64,000 nucleotides of DNA from Nitrosopumilus sp. (GTDB taxonomy: Archaea > Thermoproteota > Nitrososphaeria > Nitrososphaerales > Nitrosopumilaceae). The stretch spans positions 1,984,001 to 2,048,000 of the forward strand of contig CBDBLO010000002.1 in NCBI GenBank assembly GCA_965207075.1, written 5' to 3'. The notes under the pieces were generated by a model. It did not search any database, had not been told where the DNA came from, and saw only the letters and a list, made by a program, of their open reading frames with translations. Both the position numbers and the translations under genes were made by a program. Positions 43,146-53,092 of the stretch are shown piece after piece (positions within the stretch are counted from its first letter, which is position 1; each line of letters opens with the position of its first letter).

Positions 43146-43969
43146 CTGACCTCGAGCCTGCCTGCAAGGTGCATCTTCAGGGCCTTGAATAGCAGCGCTG
43201 CCTCCAGCCGCTGCCCCCTCTGCTTTATCTCCGCAAGCGTGTAGTCGGGATCCGCCTCAAAGGAATCCTGGAATATTATGGGCCCCTGGTCCAGGTCCTC
43301 GGAGACGTAGTGGGCCGTCACCCCCACTATCTTGGTGCCGCGCTCGTGGGCCTGCTCGTACGCCGACGCTCCCGGAAATGCGGGCAGCAGCGACGGGTGT
43401 ATGTTGATGATGCGGTTGGGATACCTCCACACAAAGTTCGGGGTCAGTATGCGCATGTATCGCGCCAGCGCAATCACGTCGATGTCGTACTTTTTGCACG
43501 CGCGCAGGATGCGCTCCTCGGCCTTTGACTGGTTTCTCTCCTGTATCAGCACGAACGGTATGTGTGCGCGCCTCGCGACGGGGGCAAGCGTCCTCTCCGT
43601 GCCGATCACCACGGATATGCGGCCCGCGAGGGAGTCGCGCCCCGCGATTATGGCCTCGAGGCAGAGCGGCTCCCTTGTGACCATCACGGCTATGTTCTTC
43701 TCCGAGTTTGTCTCGTGGTGCACCGAGACCTCCATGTTCTGCTCGGAGGCAAGGCGCTGTATCTCCCTGTCAAGCCGTCCCGTGTCAACCTCCCTTGCAA
43801 ACGAGACCTCCATGTGCATCCCGAAGAGCCCCTTGATGACGTTCTGGTTTATCTTCTCGACGTTGCCGTCCTGCCTGAATGCAAAGTTGGTAAACGCGGC
43901 GACCACCCCCTCCTTGTCGGGGCCCACCGCCGTGATCCCCACGACGGTTCTCTTTGGTTTGCGGCTCAT
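43118..43969 (-). CDS. purU: Formyltetrahydrofolate deformylase
   Basis: N-terminal ACT domain, LARYMRIL, INIHPSLLPAFPGA, LDQGPII. Confidence 0.93.
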   Translation of the reverse strand: MSRKPKRTVVGITAVGPDKEGVVAAFTNFAFRQDGNVEKINQNVIKGLFGMHMEVSFAREVDTGRLDREIQRLASEQNMEVSVHHETNSEKNIAVMVTREPLCLEAIIAGRDSLAGRISVVIGTERTLAPVARRAHIPFVLIQERNQSKAEERILRACKKYDIDVIALARYMRILTPNFVWRYPNRIINIHPSLLPAFPGASAYEQAHERGTKIVGVTAHYVSEDLDQGPIIFQDSFEADPDYTLAEIKQRGQRLEAALLFKALKMHLAGRLEVRWRKVHVRR

Positions 43970-44060
43970 TATGGACGGTTACGGGGTCGGGGTCGGGCAT
44001 ATTAATTCTTAAAAACGGGAGGGCGGCAGCGGTGCGGTTATTACGAGATATAAGGCAGCG

Positions 44061-45047
44061 GTGCGGTACAACCGCATGCCCCATGCTGCAAGAAAACGGC
44101 AGTACGGCGCGTATTATACAAAGCAGAGCCCGTTTGAACTCAGGCCGTTCAAGGACTGGGCGCGGGGCGCGGGCCTCGAGGACTGCACGGTTCTGGAGCC
44201 CTTTGCAGGGGCCAAGGACATAGTGCGCATGCTGCAGGACTCCAACGCGTGCTCGAGGTTCGCATGCTACGACGTTGCAGGCGGGGCCGGGCGGCCTGCA
44301 GACGGCGGCGTCCGGGTAAGGCGCCAGGACACGCTCGAGTCGTTTCCAACCGGATACCGCGCGTGCGTAACGAACCCGCCCTGGCTTGCCCGGAACTCTG
44401 CCCGCCGCAGGGGCCTCGAGTTCAGGGCGCCCTGCAGGTACGACGACGTTTACAAGTATGCACTGGAACTGGCGCTTGCAAGCTGCAGCTATGTTGCCTT
44501 CATAATACCTGCCACGTTCATCCGGAGCCGCCTGTTCCGTCACAGGCTCAGGGCATTCGTGCTGCTGGAGCGGCGCCTCTTCACCGACACCGACAACCCC
44601 GTGTGCCTTGCGCTGTTTACGCCGCGCCCGCGGCGGACGGAGGTATGGGCCGACAACGAGCGCCTCGGGTACCTTGACGAGCTGGAGGAGAGGTACAACC
44701 TCAACGTCCGGACCGCGTCAGGCAGGCGCGTGCGCTTCAACGCACCAGGGGGCGCGCTGGGCCTGAGGGGGGTGGACAATACCAAGGAGCCGTCCATAAG
44801 GTTTTGCAGGGGCTCCGAGCTGGCGCACCGCACGGTAAAGCACAGCGACCGGAGCATAACCAGGATTGATCCGGGGGTCAGGGTGACGTCAAGGACCATA
44901 GAGGAGCTGAACGAGTTCCTGTACAGATTCCGCCGGGACATACACGACGTGTTTTTGGCCCCGTTCAAGGGGCTGAGGGAGGACGGGCACTACCGGCGGC
45001 GGCTGGATTATGCGACCGCGAGGGGACTGATCTCCTGCAGCGTGTGA
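44061..45047 (+). CDS. Orphan amino-type (N6-A/N4-C) DNA methyltransferase-like protein
   Basis: GAYYT, VLEPFAG, VTNPPW, FIIPATF. Confidence 0.72.
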   Translation: MRYNRMPHAARKRQYGAYYTKQSPFELRPFKDWARGAGLEDCTVLEPFAGAKDIVRMLQDSNACSRFACYDVAGGAGRPADGGVRVRRQDTLESFPTGYRACVTNPPWLARNSARRRGLEFRAPCRYDDVYKYALELALASCSYVAFIIPATFIRSRLFRHRLRAFVLLERRLFTDTDNPVCLALFTPRPRRTEVWADNERLGYLDELEERYNLNVRTASGRRVRFNAPGGALGLRGVDNTKEPSIRFCRGSELAHRTVKHSDRSITRIDPGVRVTSRTIEELNEFLYRFRRDIHDVFLAPFKGLREDGHYRRRLDYATARGLISCSV

Positions 45048-45255
45048 CTGCGGGGCCGGAATCCGGCAGGCGGCGCCCGGACCTAAAGTAGCGGATCACC
45101 TAGGGGGCGCATCGGACCGCATTGCAAGAGGGGCGGCGGGTGTGGTGAGGAGAGGAGGGGGATGGATCCCCGGCCAGAGAGCGCTGGTCTTGGCAGAGGG
45201 CGGGGCCTTGCGCGCCTCACAGGCACAGAGACAAGAGGACGCTGCAAGGCAGGAG

Positions 45256-45343
45256 TGGTGCGGGAGATGGGATTCGAACCCACGAACTCCTGAGAGATAA
45301 GGACCTGAACCTTACGCCGTTGACCAGGCTGGGCGACTCCCGC
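45256..45343 (-). tRNA. tRNA-Leu (CAG), CCA encoded
   Basis: GCGGGAG/CTCCCGC stem; TAAGG-TT CAG GT-CCTTA; long variable arm. Confidence 0.95.
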
Positions 45344-45499
45344 ACAGGGACGGCGCAACCTGCGAAATATGTACTTTGAGATGGCTGCCCACGCTCATGC
45401 GGTGCGTGTTGGGAGGATTCAGGCGGAGGCCGGCCGGCCGGCACGCACGCCGTTGCCTCCTCATTGTTGCCGCCGCCGCGCCGTCCGCGCGGCCCCGGG

Positions 45500-46525
45500 T
45501 CAGCCCTTCTCCAGGCTCTTGGTCTTTTGCGGCCGTTCCGGTATGATCCCGTGGGGGCGGAATATCAGCACCAGTATCATGAGCCCTCCGAGCGCCAAAT
45601 AGTCCAGCCATATGATGTCAAACGGCAGCAGGCCGTCAAGCGAGTCGTTGTAATATATGACCAGCTTCCTGATCGCCACGAACAGGAACGTCCCGACAAG
45701 GACGCCCTTGTTGTTGGCCATGCCGCCGACTATAATCATGACAAACGGGAGGAACGTCCAGTTCAGCCTGTCGTAGCCGAACGCGACCACGCCCTCCACG
45801 TACGAGGCGTACATCACGCCGCCCACCGCGCCGAGCATCCCGGCAAGCATCATGACCTTGAACTTTATCTTGACGGGATCGCGCCCGAGAGTCTGCAGCG
45901 CGAGGTCGTCGTCGCGCGTCGCCCTCAGCAGCCGGCCCACCGGCGACTTTGTAAAGCGCGCCACGAGCAGGTAGATTACGCCCGCGAACGCCAGCAGCAC
46001 AAAGCTGGCCGTCAGGAACCTGTACTCGTTTGGCACGAACGCCAGCATGTCCGGCAGCGAGATGCCCAGCGTCCCGCCTACCAGCGACGTGTGGTTGATC
46101 CCGACGATCCTGATTATCTCGCCGAACCCCAGCAGCGTGATGGCCAGGTAGTCGCCGCGCAGCCGGATTGCCGGGTACGCGGACGCCAGGCCCAGCAGCC
46201 CGCCCACGGCTACGGCCACGATCAGCGTGATGGCAAAGACGCCCAGCACGCTCTCCGGGTGCGCCTCGATGTACGCGTTTATCTGGTGCACGAGCATGAT
46301 GTTGTCATCCACGGGCTCGAGTGCCCCGTAGTCGACGAGCATCCCGAACACCATGAAAGGGATGGTCCCCATGACGAACGCGCCCCCCGCCACCGCAAGC
46401 ACCTTTCCAAAGTTCGGCACCCCCCCGAACCCGAACTCCAGGTTGAGGCTGAGGTTGATTATCAGGTATACCGAGAATATGGCAACCAGGTCGCCTATGA
46501 ATATGACCGCGGGGTCAAGCGCCAA
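45500..46525 (-). CDS. livM: Branched-chain amino acid ABC permease
   Basis: RLRGDYLAITLLGFGE, SPVGRLLRATRDD, IVGGMANNKG, RPHGI. Confidence 0.9.
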   Translation of the reverse strand: MALDPAVIFIGDLVAIFSVYLIINLSLNLEFGFGGVPNFGKVLAVAGGAFVMGTIPFMVFGMLVDYGALEPVDDNIMLVHQINAYIEAHPESVLGVFAITLIVAVAVGGLLGLASAYPAIRLRGDYLAITLLGFGEIIRIVGINHTSLVGGTLGISLPDMLAFVPNEYRFLTASFVLLAFAGVIYLLVARFTKSPVGRLLRATRDDDLALQTLGRDPVKIKFKVMMLAGMLGAVGGVMYASYVEGVVAFGYDRLNWTFLPFVMIIVGGMANNKGVLVGTFLFVAIRKLVIYYNDSLDGLLPFDIIWLDYLALGGLMILVLIFRPHGIIPERPQKTKSLEKG

Positions 46526-47507
46526 CGCCGTCCTCCTCCTCCTTCTCTTTGCTTCCTTCCTTCTCCTCCTCTGTCTTCTTCATGGTCATGTTCTTGCGCT
46601 TCTGGTATTTTGTGATCAGCTGTATGAGCCCTCCCGGCAGCACGAGCAGGGTCGCGATCATGGCGATGAACGGTATGACGGGCCTGTACGGGATCACCCA
46701 GTACCCCAGAAGGTCGATCAGGATGCTGGTCCCCACCACCTCCGACAGCCCCACGAGGACCCCGCCCAGTATGGCCCCGTACACGCTCGAAAAGCCGCCG
46801 ACTATGCTCCCCGCGAATATGCTCGGCAGCATTATGGCCGCCAGGCTCGGGTCCCCCTGGAACCACATGGACATCAGCACGCCGGCCATGCCGGCGAGGC
46901 CGCCGCTCAAAAACCACGCAAAGCAGAATATCGTCCGCGTGTTGATGCCCAGCGTCTGGGCCAGCGACTCGTTCTCTATGGCCCCCCTCAGGCTCATGCC
47001 AAAGCTCGTCCGGTACAGCAGGCAGTACAGCCCGAGCGCCAGCCCTGCCAGCAGGACCAGCGTCACGATAAATACGAGCGGCAGCCCCCCGTCGCCGCCG
47101 ATCACGATGTCCAGGCTACGCAGCGTAAAGTCGCGCGAGTTGACCTGGTACGTGTTGCGGATCCCGTCCGCTATTATGTTCAGCACGCCGATCATGAACA
47201 TGTCAAAGGCCAGCGTCGCGATGATCAGCGAGATGAGGGAGGACTTTTTCTTCTGCAGTATGCGGATTATCCCGTAGTACATGAACAGCGCCAGCGCCCC
47301 GGAGGCCGCGAACGCCACCGGGAGCGCCAGGTACACGGACATGTCGAGCACCTTTGCCATTATCAGCGCCATGTACATGCCGAGGATCGCAAACGAGGTG
47401 TGCGCAAAGTTCGGGACGCTCGTGATCTTGTACGTGAGCGAGAGCCCCACGCACAGCACGGCGAGCACCGAGGCGTATATCAGTCCGTCGAACAGTATGA
47501 TCGTCAT
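46515..47507 (-). CDS. livH: Branched-chain amino acid ABC permease
   Basis: GLSLTY..NFAH, RTSFGMSLRG, VGGFSSVYGAILGG. Confidence 0.9.
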   Translation of the reverse strand: MTIILFDGLIYASVLAVLCVGLSLTYKITSVPNFAHTSFAILGMYMALIMAKVLDMSVYLALPVAFAASGALALFMYYGIIRILQKKKSSLISLIIATLAFDMFMIGVLNIIADGIRNTYQVNSRDFTLRSLDIVIGGDGGLPLVFIVTLVLLAGLALGLYCLLYRTSFGMSLRGAIENESLAQTLGINTRTIFCFAWFLSGGLAGMAGVLMSMWFQGDPSLAAIMLPSIFAGSIVGGFSSVYGAILGGVLVGLSEVVGTSILIDLLGYWVIPYRPVIPFIAMIATLLVLPGGLIQLITKYQKRKNMTMKKTEEEKEGSKEKEEEDGVGA

Positions 47508-47514
47508 CGGCTCA

Positions 47515-48327
47515 TCACATCCCCAGGTATTTGGACGCCAGGTCCTCGTCGTGGAGCAGGGTCTCCGGATCGCCGCCGTACACGACGTTCCCGCTTGCCA
47601 GCAGGTACACCTTGTCGCAGTTACGGAGCGCGTACTTTACGTTCTGCTCGACCAGCACTATGCAGTTGTCATGCTCCGCGTTCAGGTTCTTGATCTTCTC
47701 TATTATGATGTCCGCGTTCTTGGGCGAGAGCGCGGCGGTGGGCTCGTCGAAGAGCATTATCTTGGGGTTGTGCACGAGGATCATGGCCATGGCGAGGAGC
47801 TGCCGCTGCCCGCCGCTGAGTGTCATGGCCGGCCTGTCCAGGAACGGCAGGAGCTCCGGGAAGTGGTCCATGGCCCTGTCGGCCCTGTGGCGACCCGCCA
47901 CCACCGCGAGGTTCTCGCGCAGCGTGAGGTCCTGGAAGACGTTCTTCCTCTGCGCCATGTACGATATCCCGTAGTTCAGTATGGCATGGGTCGGAATGTG
48001 CGTGATGTCGCGCCCCAGCGCCCGTATGGAGCCGGACTTTACGTCGCACAGCCCGAATAGCGCCTTTAGCAGCGTGCTCTTTCCGGACCCGTTGGAGCCC
48101 ACTATCGCGGTTATCTTTGAGAAGTCGGCGCTAAAGTCCACGCCGTGCAGCACCTGGTTCTTTCCGTATCCGCAGGCCAGCTCCTTGATCTCTATGGCGT
48201 GGGAGCCGCCGTCGCCGCCCGGCGCGCCGCCGCTGCCGCTACCTGCGGTGCCCCCCGCGTTTCGTGTAAAAGGTGCCCCCTGGTGGTCGTCGCCGCCCGG
48301 CGCGCCGCCGCTGCCGCTACTTGCCAA
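47515..48327 (-). CDS. livF: Branched-chain amino acid ABC ATPase
   Basis: GSNGSGKST, LSGGQRQ, FDEPTAAL, LVEQN. Confidence 0.9.
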   Translation of the reverse strand: MASSGSGGAPGGDDHQGAPFTRNAGGTAGSGSGGAPGGDGGSHAIEIKELACGYGKNQVLHGVDFSADFSKITAIVGSNGSGKSTLLKALFGLCDVKSGSIRALGRDITHIPTHAILNYGISYMAQRKNVFQDLTLRENLAVVAGRHRADRAMDHFPELLPFLDRPAMTLSGGQRQLLAMAMILVHNPKIMLFDEPTAALSPKNADIIIEKIKNLNAEHDNCIVLVEQNVKYALRNCDKVYLLASGNVVYGGDPETLLHDEDLASKYLGM

Positions 48328-49066
48328 GATACGACTCCTGCACCGCCTCGTTGTCCAGTATGCGATCGGGCAAGTCGTGCGCCACCACCCTCCCGTCGCC
48401 CATCACGAAGACATAGTCGGAGTAGTGCAGCGCGATGTCAAGCCGGTGCTCTATGATCAGGAACGTGACGCCGCCCTTCAGTATCTCCCTTATCTTCTTG
48501 AAGATCTTGTGCGCCAGCGTGGGGTTCACGCCCGCTATCGGCTCGTCGAGCATGATTATCTCCGTATCGGCCATCAGCGTCTTTCCCAGCTCGAGCAGCT
48601 TTATCTGCCCCCCGGATATCTCAAAGGACAGCTTGTCCTTGAGATGCAGCAGCTCCAGCGACTCGAGGATGCCGAGGGCCTTCTTTGTCTGGCTCGCCTC
48701 GTACGACTTCCACTGCGACGGCACGAGGGCCTTGCGGAAGCTCTCCCCGGGCTCTGGGTGCGCCATCAGCATGTTCTCCATCAGGGAGAGTCCCGCAAAG
48801 TGCTTTGGTATCTGAAACGTTCTCATGATGCCGTGCTCGAATATCCGGTGGGGCGGGAGGCCGGTGATGTCCTTGCCGCGCAGCGTGACGCGCCCACCGT
48901 TGGGGGCCCAGAGTCCCGATATGGTGTTGATCAGGGTGGACTTGCCCGAGCCGTTGGCCCCGATCAGTAGGTTGATCTTGTTTGGGTGGAGATCGAGGGT
49001 GGCGCCGTCCAGAGCGTGCAGCCCCCCAAAGGACTTTCGGAGTTCGTTGACTGTTAAGAGATTCAT
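48317..49066 (-). CDS. livG: Branched-chain amino acid ABC ATPase
   Basis: FGGLHAL, GANGSGKST, RTFQ, DEPIAGVNP, IIEH. Confidence 0.9.
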   Translation of the reverse strand: MNLLTVNELRKSFGGLHALDGATLDLHPNKINLLIGANGSGKSTLINTISGLWAPNGGRVTLRGKDITGLPPHRIFEHGIMRTFQIPKHFAGLSLMENMLMAHPEPGESFRKALVPSQWKSYEASQTKKALGILESLELLHLKDKLSFEISGGQIKLLELGKTLMADTEIIMLDEPIAGVNPTLAHKIFKKIREILKGGVTFLIIEHRLDIALHYSDYVFVMGDGRVVAHDLPDRILDNEAVQESYLGK

Positions 49067-52000
49067 TTATTCATAATCTCGCCGGTGGCCGCATTGTACC
49101 TGGCTGTGGCAAACCACTCGCCGTCAATGACGGACCAGAGCTCATAGTCGGATATGGCCAGGTCTCCCGCCTCGTTGAGCTGAACCGTTCCCAGCGCGCC
49201 CGTGTACGACATGCCGGTGGCATGAAGCTGATCCTTTATGTCCAGCGAGTCAAAGCCGACCTCCTCCATGGAGAGGCCCAGCACCCACACGCTGTCGTAC
49301 GATGAGAAGACGTAGTTGTTGCTGGGCGTCGAGCCGGTCAGTTCGACAAAGTCCGCCCTGAGCATCTCGGAGACCTCGTTGTCGGATGCGGCAAACTGCG
49401 TCGCCACGAATCCCGTGTTGGTGGCAAACTCGGCGGAGCGCGCGTCCTCTACGAGCGGGGCGGCGCCGGCGTTGCCGTCGGAGCCGAACCACGGCACGGA
49501 GTTGAGTGTGTCATATTCTATGGCGGAGTTAAACAGGTGCACCACCTCGTCAAAGCCTATCACGAATACGCCGACCTCGCCGGCCTCGTACTCTGCAAGC
49601 TGCGCGTCGACGGCCTTGGAGAGCACCTCGGCCTCCGTGGAGAACGTGGTTATCTCCGGGTTGTAGCGTATGCCTTCTGCCACGATGCCGCCAATCTCCG
49701 TGAACGACTCCTGGGTTGACTCGAACAGTCCGTCGCCCCACACGTCGCCGCGGTATATCGGGACCACCACCTTTATGCCGCTGTCTGCAAGCAGCGTGGC
49801 GACCACCTTGCCCTGCTTTGTGTCGTCGGGGACGAACCTGAATATGTTGTCGGCCACGGCCAGCTTTGGCGACGTGGATGACGGTGAGAGTATAATCATG
49901 TCATTGGAGTCCGCATACGACATGATGTTGCGGGTCTCCGCACTGGACTCTGGGCCCAGCGCGTACTTTATCCCCTTTGAGTTCAGGGACTGTACCTTTT
50001 CAAGCGCGACTACCGGGTTGGACTGCGTGTCCTCTGCTACCAGGTTCATGCGCCAGTCGGCGCCCTTCTCCTCTAGGTACTCGTTAAAGTCCTCGACGGC
50101 AAACTCGAGCGCGATCTTGTTCTCGTTGCCGTGGCTTGCCAGGTCGCCGGTGGCGGGCAGCAGGACTCCCACGTCCACGGTCATGACCTCGGTGTCCTCC
50201 ATCATAGTATCGCCGGTATCCTCCATCATCGCCTCGCCGGTGTCCATCTTCTGCATGATCTCGCCGGTGGCCGCATTGTACCTGGCGGTGGCAAACCACT
50301 CGCCGTCAATGACGGACCAGAGTTCATAGTCTGATATGGCCAGGTCGCCCGCCTCGTTGAGCTGGACCGTCCCGAGCGCGCCCGTGTACGACATGCCGGT
50401 GGCATGAAGCTGATCCTTTATGTCCAGCGAGTCAAAGCCGACCTCCTCCATGGAGAGGCCCAGCACCCACACGCTGTCGTACGATGAGAAGACGTAGTTG
50501 TTGCTGGGCGTCGAGCCGGTCAGTTCGACAAAGTCCGCCCTGAGCATCTCGGAGACCTCGTTGTCAGACGCCGCAAACTGCGTCGCCACGAACCCCGTGT
50601 TGGTGGCAAACTCGGCGGAGCGCGCGTCCTCTACGAGCGGGGCGGCGCCGGCGTTGCCGTCGGAGCCGAACCACGGCACGGAGTTGAGTGTGTCATATTC
50701 TATGGCGGAGTTAAACAGGTGCACCACCTCGTCAAAGCCTATCACGAATACGCCGACCTCGCCGGCCTCATAATTGGCAAGCTGCGCGTCGACGGCCTTG
50801 GAGAGCACCTCGGCCTCCGTGGAGAACGTGGTTATCTCCGGGTTGTAGCGTATGCCTTCTGCCACGATGCCGCCAATCTCCGTGAACGACTCCTGGGTTG
50901 ACTCGAACAGTCCGTCGCCCCACACGTCGCCGCGGTATATCGGGACCACCACCTTTATGCCGCTGTCTGCAAGCAGCGTGGCGACCACCTTGCCCTGCTT
51001 TGTGTCGTCGGGGACGAACCTGAATATGTTGTCGGCCACGGCCAGCTTTGGCGACGTGGATGACGGTGAGAGTATAATCATGTCATTGGAGTCCGCATAC
51101 GACATGATGTTGCGGGTCTCCGCACTGGACTCTGGGCCCAGCGCGTACTTTATCCCCTTTGAGTTCAGGGACTGTACCTTTTCAAGCGCGACTACCGGGT
51201 TGGACTGCGTGTCCTCTGCTACCAGGTTCATGCGCCAGTCGGCGCCCTTCTCCTCTAGGTACTCGTTAAAGTCCTCGACGGCAAACTCGAGCGCGATCTT
51301 GTTCTCGTTGCCGTGGCTTGCCAGGTCGCCGGTGGCGGGCAGCAGGACTCCCACGTCCACGGTCATGACCTCGGTGTCCTCCATCATAGTATCGCCGGTG
51401 TCCATCTTCTGCATGATCTCGCCGGTGGCCGCATTGTACCTGGCTGTGGCAAACCACTCGCCGTCAATGACGGACCAGAGCTCATAGTCGGATATGGCCA
51501 GGTCTCCCGCCTCGTTGAGCTGAACCGTTCCCAGCGCGCCCGTGTACGACATGCCGGTGGCATGAAGCTGATCCTTTATGTCCAGCGAGTCAAAGCCGAC
51601 CTCCTCCATGGAGAGGCCCAGCACCCACACGCTGTCGTACGATGAGAAGACGTAGTTGTTGCTGGGCGTCGAGCCGGTCAGTTCGACAAAGTCCGCCCTG
51701 AGCATCTCGGAGACCTCGTTGTCGGATGCGGCAAACTGCGTCGCCACGAATCCCGTGTTGGTGGCAAACTCGGCGGAGCGCGCGTCCTCTACGAGCGGGG
51801 CGGCGCCGGCGTTGCCGTCGGAGCCGAACCACGGCACGGAGTTGAGTGTGTCATATTCTATGGCGGAGTTAAACAGGTGCACCACCTCGTCAAAGCCTAT
51901 CACGAATACGCCGACCTCGCCGGCCTCGTACTCTGCAAGCTGCGCCTCCACCGCGTCTGAGAGCACCTCGGCCTCCGTGGAGAACGTGGTTATCTCCGGG

Positions 52001-52740
52001 TTGTAGCGTATGCCTTCTGCCACGATGCCGCCAATCTCCGTGAACGATTCCTGGGTTGACTCGAACAGTCCGTCGCCCCACACGTCGCCGCGGTATATCG
52101 GGACCACCACCTTTATGCCGCTGTCTGCAAGCAGCGTGGCGACCACCTTGCCCTGCTTTGTGTCGTCGGGGACGAACCTGAATATGTTGTCGGCCACGGC
52201 CAGCTTTGGCGACGTGGATGACGGTGAGAGTATAATCATGTCATTGGAGTCCGCATACGACATGATGTTGCGGGTCTCCGCACTGGACTCTGGGCCCAGC
52301 GCGTACTTTATCCCCTTTGAGTTCAGGGACTGTACCTTTTCAAGCGCGACCACGGGGTTGGACTGCGTGTCCTCTGCTACCAGGTTCATGCGCCAGTCGG
52401 CACCCTTCTCCTCTAGGTACTCGTTAAAGTCCTCGACGGCAAACTCGAGCGCGATCTTGTTCTCGTTGCCGTGGCTTGCTAGGTCGCCGGTGGCGGGCAG
52501 CAGGACTCCCACGTCCACGGTCATAATCTCGCCGGGCTCTTCCTCTGTCACGTCTGGTTCTTCAACGGGTACCTCGGGTTCTACGGGCTCAACTGGTACC
52601 TCGGGCTCCACCGGTACCACGGGTTCCACAGGGGGTTCAACTGGCACGTCGCCGTCTCCGCCCATCGATGCCGCAATGGCCACGCCTATTGCAATCGCTA
52701 TTGCAGCTCCGATAATGCCATATTTGGCTCCGTTATTCAC
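49063..52740 (-). CDS. Liv substrate-binding protein with three tandem near-identical domains
   Basis: TM anchor, PVE linker, three copies of TVDVGVLLPATGDLAS...ARYNAATGEIM (periods 1158 and 1182 bp). Confidence 0.92.
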   Translation of the reverse strand: MNNGAKYGIIGAAIAIAIGVAIAASMGGDGDVPVEPPVEPVVPVEPEVPVEPVEPEVPVEEPDVTEEEPGEIMTVDVGVLLPATGDLASHGNENKIALEFAVEDFNEYLEEKGADWRMNLVAEDTQSNPVVALEKVQSLNSKGIKYALGPESSAETRNIMSYADSNDMIILSPSSTSPKLAVADNIFRFVPDDTKQGKVVATLLADSGIKVVVPIYRGDVWGDGLFESTQESFTEIGGIVAEGIRYNPEITTFSTEAEVLSDAVEAQLAEYEAGEVGVFVIGFDEVVHLFNSAIEYDTLNSVPWFGSDGNAGAAPLVEDARSAEFATNTGFVATQFAASDNEVSEMLRADFVELTGSTPSNNYVFSSYDSVWVLGLSMEEVGFDSLDIKDQLHATGMSYTGALGTVQLNEAGDLAISDYELWSVIDGEWFATARYNAATGEIMQKMDTGDTMMEDTEVMTVDVGVLLPATGDLASHGNENKIALEFAVEDFNEYLEEKGADWRMNLVAEDTQSNPVVALEKVQSLNSKGIKYALGPESSAETRNIMSYADSNDMIILSPSSTSPKLAVADNIFRFVPDDTKQGKVVATLLADSGIKVVVPIYRGDVWGDGLFESTQESFTEIGGIVAEGIRYNPEITTFSTEAEVLSKAVDAQLANYEAGEVGVFVIGFDEVVHLFNSAIEYDTLNSVPWFGSDGNAGAAPLVEDARSAEFATNTGFVATQFAASDNEVSEMLRADFVELTGSTPSNNYVFSSYDSVWVLGLSMEEVGFDSLDIKDQLHATGMSYTGALGTVQLNEAGDLAISDYELWSVIDGEWFATARYNAATGEIMQKMDTGEAMMEDTGDTMMEDTEVMTVDVGVLLPATGDLASHGNENKIALEFAVEDFNEYLEEKGADWRMNLVAEDTQSNPVVALEKVQSLNSKGIKYALGPESSAETRNIMSYADSNDMIILSPSSTSPKLAVADNIFRFVPDDTKQGKVVATLLADSGIKVVVPIYRGDVWGDGLFESTQESFTEIGGIVAEGIRYNPEITTFSTEAEVLSKAVDAQLAEYEAGEVGVFVIGFDEVVHLFNSAIEYDTLNSVPWFGSDGNAGAAPLVEDARSAEFATNTGFVATQFAASDNEVSEMLRADFVELTGSTPSNNYVFSSYDSVWVLGLSMEEVGFDSLDIKDQLHATGMSYTGALGTVQLNEAGDLAISDYELWSVIDGEWFATARYNAATGEIMNK

Positions 52741-52952
52741 GTCACTCCTGTTAATCTTGTGTTTATAAAGATTTATACGTCGATGTCGGATTTTATTAGA
52801 TCAGATAATTACGCCTGCGAATGATGCCGGCAAGCCGCGATACTGGGTCGGCACCATGGAGGCTGCCTGCGGCAGTCCGACATCAGGGTACGCCAGGCCC
52901 GCCGGACATGCGGCAGAGGGGGAGGCGGATCGCCCGCAACCCGCGTGAATCA

Positions 52953-53040
52953 TGGTGCGGAAGATGGGATTTGAACCCACGAACTCCTAAAAGATAGGGT
53001 CCTAAGCCCTACGCCTTTGACCAGGCTTGGCAACTCCCGC
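52953..53040 (-). tRNA. tRNA-Leu (TAG), CCA encoded
   Basis: GCGGGAG/CTTCCGC stem; TAGGG-CT TAG GA-CCCTA. Confidence 0.95.
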
Positions 53041-53092
53041 ACGCCCGCTACCCCGGACACAAATTTATCTATTGTCAGCGCGCCGTCACGCC

